A stretch of DNA of 64,000 nt from Trueperaceae bacterium (GTDB lineage Bacteria; Deinococcota; Deinococci; Deinococcales; Trueperaceae): assembly GCA_965213925.1 (NCBI GenBank), contig OZ243927.1, positions 3,264,001 through 3,328,000 on the forward strand, written 5' to 3'. The notes beneath the pieces were generated by a model. The model was given only the letters and a program-made list of their open reading frames with translations. It searched no databases and was not told the origin of the DNA. Each line of letters starts with the position of its first letter. Positions within the stretch are counted from its first letter, which is position 1. A program made the translations under genes and the position numbers. Of the stretch, positions 60,806 through 64,000 are shown one piece after another.

Positions 60806-61048
60806 ATTTCGCTAGCACAAAAAAGACGTCGCCATGTGCCCTTTGTCGCCTTTTGTTCACCGAAAAAAGCGCACTTGCCATTTTTTAGATCGTTTGAGGT
60901 AGAATGAGGCGATAGACAAGCGGTCTCGCACCTGCCATAATCGGTAGTGAGCCGTGTCTCAGTTAGCGCTAGCGCATCATTTTGCAACATTTAACGTAAT
61001 TGTAATACTTGACGTAGATCAGTGATGAGCGAGAGGGAGGAGTGCGTC

Positions 61049-61777
61049 TTGGCGGGTCACAGTAAATGGTCACAGATTAAGCGCAAAAAAGCGGCGAACG
61101 ACAAAGAGCGCAGCAAGACCATCAGCAAGCATATCCGCGCAATTCAGGCAGCGGTACGCGAAGGAGGCGGCGGCGACCCGAGCGCCAACTTGCCGCTCAA
61201 AAACGCGCTCTCGGCGGCAAAAACTGACGACGTTCCGCAAGACAACATCGAACGCGCTATCGAGCGCGCGCTAGGGGGCGCGGAAGGCGGCGGCTTCGAC
61301 GAGGTGATGTACGAGGGCTACGGACCTTCGGGGGTCGCGGTCCTTATCGAAGCGCTGACCGACAACCGCAACCGCACCGTCGCGGAGGTGCGCCACGCTT
61401 TCAGTAAGCATGAAGGCAACATGTCGGGCGCGACCGCGTGGCAGTTCGACGCCAAGGGCGTCGTCGTCGTGAGTGACACGAGCGAGCGGACCCAAGAACT
61501 CGCCATCGAGCTAGGCGCAGAGGACTTAGAGGTCGAGGAGGGCCTCCTTACCGTCTACACCGAGCCTACCGGACTTTACACCTTAGTCGAGGGATTTCAG
61601 GGGGCAGGCGTAGAACCCGAGGTGAGCCAACTGACTAAACTGCCGCAGACGACGACGCAAGTGAGCGACGAAGATGCGGCGAAGGTGATGCGGCTCTTAG
61701 AAGCGCTCGAAGAACTCGACGACGTACAAAATGTTTACAGCACCGCTGACCTTAGCAGCGTGAGCGAACTTGTTTAG
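61049..61777 (+). CDS. yebC: YebC/PmpR family protein
   Basis: [29 protein letters not shown]. Confidence 0.95.
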   Translation: MAGHSKWSQIKRKKAANDKERSKTISKHIRAIQAAVREGGGGDPSANLPLKNALSAAKTDDVPQDNIERAIERALGGAEGGGFDEVMYEGYGPSGVAVLIEALTDNRNRTVAEVRHAFSKHEGNMSGATAWQFDAKGVVVVSDTSERTQELAIELGAEDLEVEEGLLTVYTEPTGLYTLVEGFQGAGVEPEVSQLTKLPQTTTQVSDEDAAKVMRLLEALEELDDVQNVYSTADLSSVSELV

Positions 61778-62542
61778 GTGGCTGATATGGCGATAGCGAA
61801 TAAGATGAGAGCAAACGAATCCGCGCAAGTACCTGCAAACATTCCCACCCTGAGTTGGAGCGAGTTGCAGAAGGTCAACGCCTCGCAGATGCAGCATATC
61901 TCGCTCTTAGCGACTGGAAAATACGGTCTCGACATGCGCACCCTGATGGAAGAGGCGGGCAGGAGCTTAGCGGAGCTAGCGGCGCACCTCACGCCGTCCG
62001 GTCCGTCACTCGTGGTGGCGGGGCGCGGCAACAACGGCGGCGCGGGGCTCGCGGCGGCGCGTTACTTAGCGGAGATGGGTCGCCCCGTCTGGGTCGTGCC
62101 GACGCACGAGGCGGAGAACTACTCGGGCGTGCCCAAAGAGCAGTTAGAGAAACTGAGCGAGTACAAGAACATCCGCGTGAAGAGCGGCTTGCCCAAGATG
62201 AAGTTTCAGTGCATCATCGACACTGCGGTGGGCATTCACCTAGAAGGTCCGCCGAGAGGTCGCACACTCGACGTCATCACGGTGCTTAACAGCATGAACA
62301 GTTGCCCCGTCATCTCGCTCGACGCGCCAACGGGTATGATCGTGGACGACGGCAGCGTCCCCGGTGACGTCGTTCAAGCCACCGCGACGTTGTCGCTCGT
62401 TCTGCCTAAAGCGGGCGTTAAGCCCGGCGGTCACGTCGGCGAACTTTACCTCGCTGGGCTCGGTCTGCCCCAAGACCTCTTTAACGACCTCGGTTTAGAG
62501 CCCTACGCGCCGCCTGCGCCGTGGGGGAGGATTTCGGAGTAG
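61778..62542 (+). CDS. nnrE: Stand-alone YjeF_N / NAD(P)HX epimerase-like protein
   Basis: LMEEAG, GRGNNGG, LDAPTG, PKAG; start uncertain. Confidence 0.75.
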   Translation: MADMAIANKMRANESAQVPANIPTLSWSELQKVNASQMQHISLLATGKYGLDMRTLMEEAGRSLAELAAHLTPSGPSLVVAGRGNNGGAGLAAARYLAEMGRPVWVVPTHEAENYSGVPKEQLEKLSEYKNIRVKSGLPKMKFQCIIDTAVGIHLEGPPRGRTLDVITVLNSMNSCPVISLDAPTGMIVDDGSVPGDVVQATATLSLVLPKAGVKPGGHVGELYLAGLGLPQDLFNDLGLEPYAPPAPWGRISE

Positions 62543-62599
62543 GTCAAGTTCGAAGTAGAGGCTGAAAAGTTCGGATGAATTTAGGGAAAAATTTAGCAG

Positions 62600-62890
62600 A
62601 TGCCTAAACTCACCTGCAGATGTGGATTCGTCCATGACCTTACACCCATCCCTGACAAGGGATGGGTGACTTGTTTAGATAAAGAGTACGAGCGGTTGGT
62701 CGCTGCTGAAGTCTTGCGAGAAACTTCCGAAGAGCATGATTCACCGAGTGAACGTCTTATAGAGGCGGATCGCACCGTTATTGGGTTGCAAGGTCGCTTG
62801 TTCGAGTGCCCGAAGTGCGGACGACTTCTCTGGCAGAAACCAAACGAAACATCCTACCGTAGCTTTTCTCCCGAATCAGATTTGGATTAG
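62600..62890 (+). CDS. Hypothetical protein with CxC and CxxC motifs
   Basis: 96-aa lower-GC ORF; CRCG, CPKCGRL. Confidence 0.65.
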   Translation: MPKLTCRCGFVHDLTPIPDKGWVTCLDKEYERLVAAEVLRETSEEHDSPSERLIEADRTVIGLQGRLFECPKCGRLLWQKPNETSYRSFSPESDLD

Positions 62891-62939
62891 ACAGCTTTAC
62901 CTGCTAAGCCTTTCCACCTCTCGCGCTATACTGCGTCTC

Positions 62940-64000
62940 ATGACTTTAGAAGACTACTTGAGCGAGCACCAAGCTCGCTTTACCGAAGAACTCACCGACT
63001 TCTTGCGCATCCCCTCGGTCAGCACGGACTCGGACCACAAGGAGGATGTGCGCCGCGCTGCGTCCTTTGTCGCTGAGAAGTTGCGCTCAGCGGGGCTAGA
63101 AACGCGCCTCATCGAGACGCCGCGCCACCCCGTTGTTTACGGCTCCTATCACGTGTCTGACGACGCGCCTACGGTGCTCATTTACGGGCACTACGACGTG
63201 CAACCGCCCGAACCCCTCGAGCTGTGGACCTCTCCCCCCTTCGAGCCCAAGATAGAGGACGGCGTCATCTACGCGAGGGGCGCAACCGACGACAAAGGGC
63301 AGGTATACGCACATATTAAAGGGGTAGAGGCGCTGCTCGAGACTGAGGGCGCTCTAAATGTCAACGTGAAGTTTTTAGTCGAGGGCGAGGAGGAGATCGG
63401 CAGCCCGAGCCTTAACGACGTTCTCGAAAACCATCAAGACCTCTTCGCGGCGAATGTAGTCGTTATCTCAGACGGGTCAATGATTGCACCCGGCACACCT
63501 ACCATCACTTACGGTCTCAAAGGGCTCGCCTACGTCGAAGTCAACGTGCGCGGCGCAGCGCTGGACCTGCATTCGGGCGCGTTCGGCGGCGGCGTACCCA
63601 ACCCGATCAACGGGCTCGCCAAGATCATCGCGCAGCTTCACAACGAGTCGGGGCGCGTGGCGGTGCCAAGGTTTTACGACGACGTTTTAGCTATCACAGA
63701 CGAAGAGCGCGAGGCGTTTGCAAAAGTTCCTTTTGACGAACAGACGTTCGCGGAGGAGATCGGCGTGAGCGCGACGCCGGGGGAAGAAGGCTACAGCCTC
63801 TTAGAACGGCTCTGGGCTCGTCCAACTTTAGATGTCAACGGGATTGGCGGTGGCTTTCAGGGTGAGGGGGCAAAAACGGTCATTGCAGACACGGCAATGG
63901 CAAAGATTTCTTGTCGTTTGGTTCCTAACCAAGACCCCGCCGACATTACGAAGAAGCTGAGCGATTATCTTCAAGAGGTCGCGCCCGAAGGTTTAGAGGT
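62940..64000 (+). CDS. M20 dipeptidase (3'-partial)
   Basis: YGHYDVQP, RGATDDKGQ, EGEEEIGS, DLHSG; runs off window edge. Confidence 0.92.
   Translation, partial: MTLEDYLSEHQARFTEELTDFLRIPSVSTDSDHKEDVRRAASFVAEKLRSAGLETRLIETPRHPVVYGSYHVSDDAPTVLIYGHYDVQPPEPLELWTSPPFEPKIEDGVIYARGATDDKGQVYAHIKGVEALLETEGALNVNVKFLVEGEEEIGSPSLNDVLENHQDLFAANVVVISDGSMIAPGTPTITYGLKGLAYVEVNVRGAALDLHSGAFGGGVPNPINGLAKIIAQLHNESGRVAVPRFYDDVLAITDEEREAFAKVPFDEQTFAEEIGVSATPGEEGYSLLERLWARPTLDVNGIGGGFQGEGAKTVIADTAMAKISCRLVPNQDPADITKKLSDYLQEVAPEGLE

Overview
GC-rich bacterial chromosomal window, most consistent with Deinococcota, Trueperaceae-like (inferred from the LdrP/DdrI-like CRP regulator, DrRRA-like response regulator, TmpR-like SDR and many apparently leaderless genes). 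It contains housekeeping genes (rsmD, ppk1, rlmN, glgC, radA, miaB, luxS, dnaJ-hspR, yebC, tRNA-Gln) and two sugar ABC clusters, one with a truncated binding protein. It also holds a urate/allantoin catabolic cluster that has a plant-type ureidoglycolate amidohydrolase, no visible allantoate amidohydrolase, and three unexplained embedded genes. Several genes are disrupted (allB, a deaminase, brnT), and at least four families of small dispersed palindromic/MITE-like repeats occur. The best novelty candidate is a pair of homologous, promoter-bearing, covarying structured non-coding elements on the minus strand (about 17281-17394 and 19547-19664) that match no RNA family I recognise and can fold into two mutually exclusive conformations. 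All calls come from reading the sequence only; no database searches were run.
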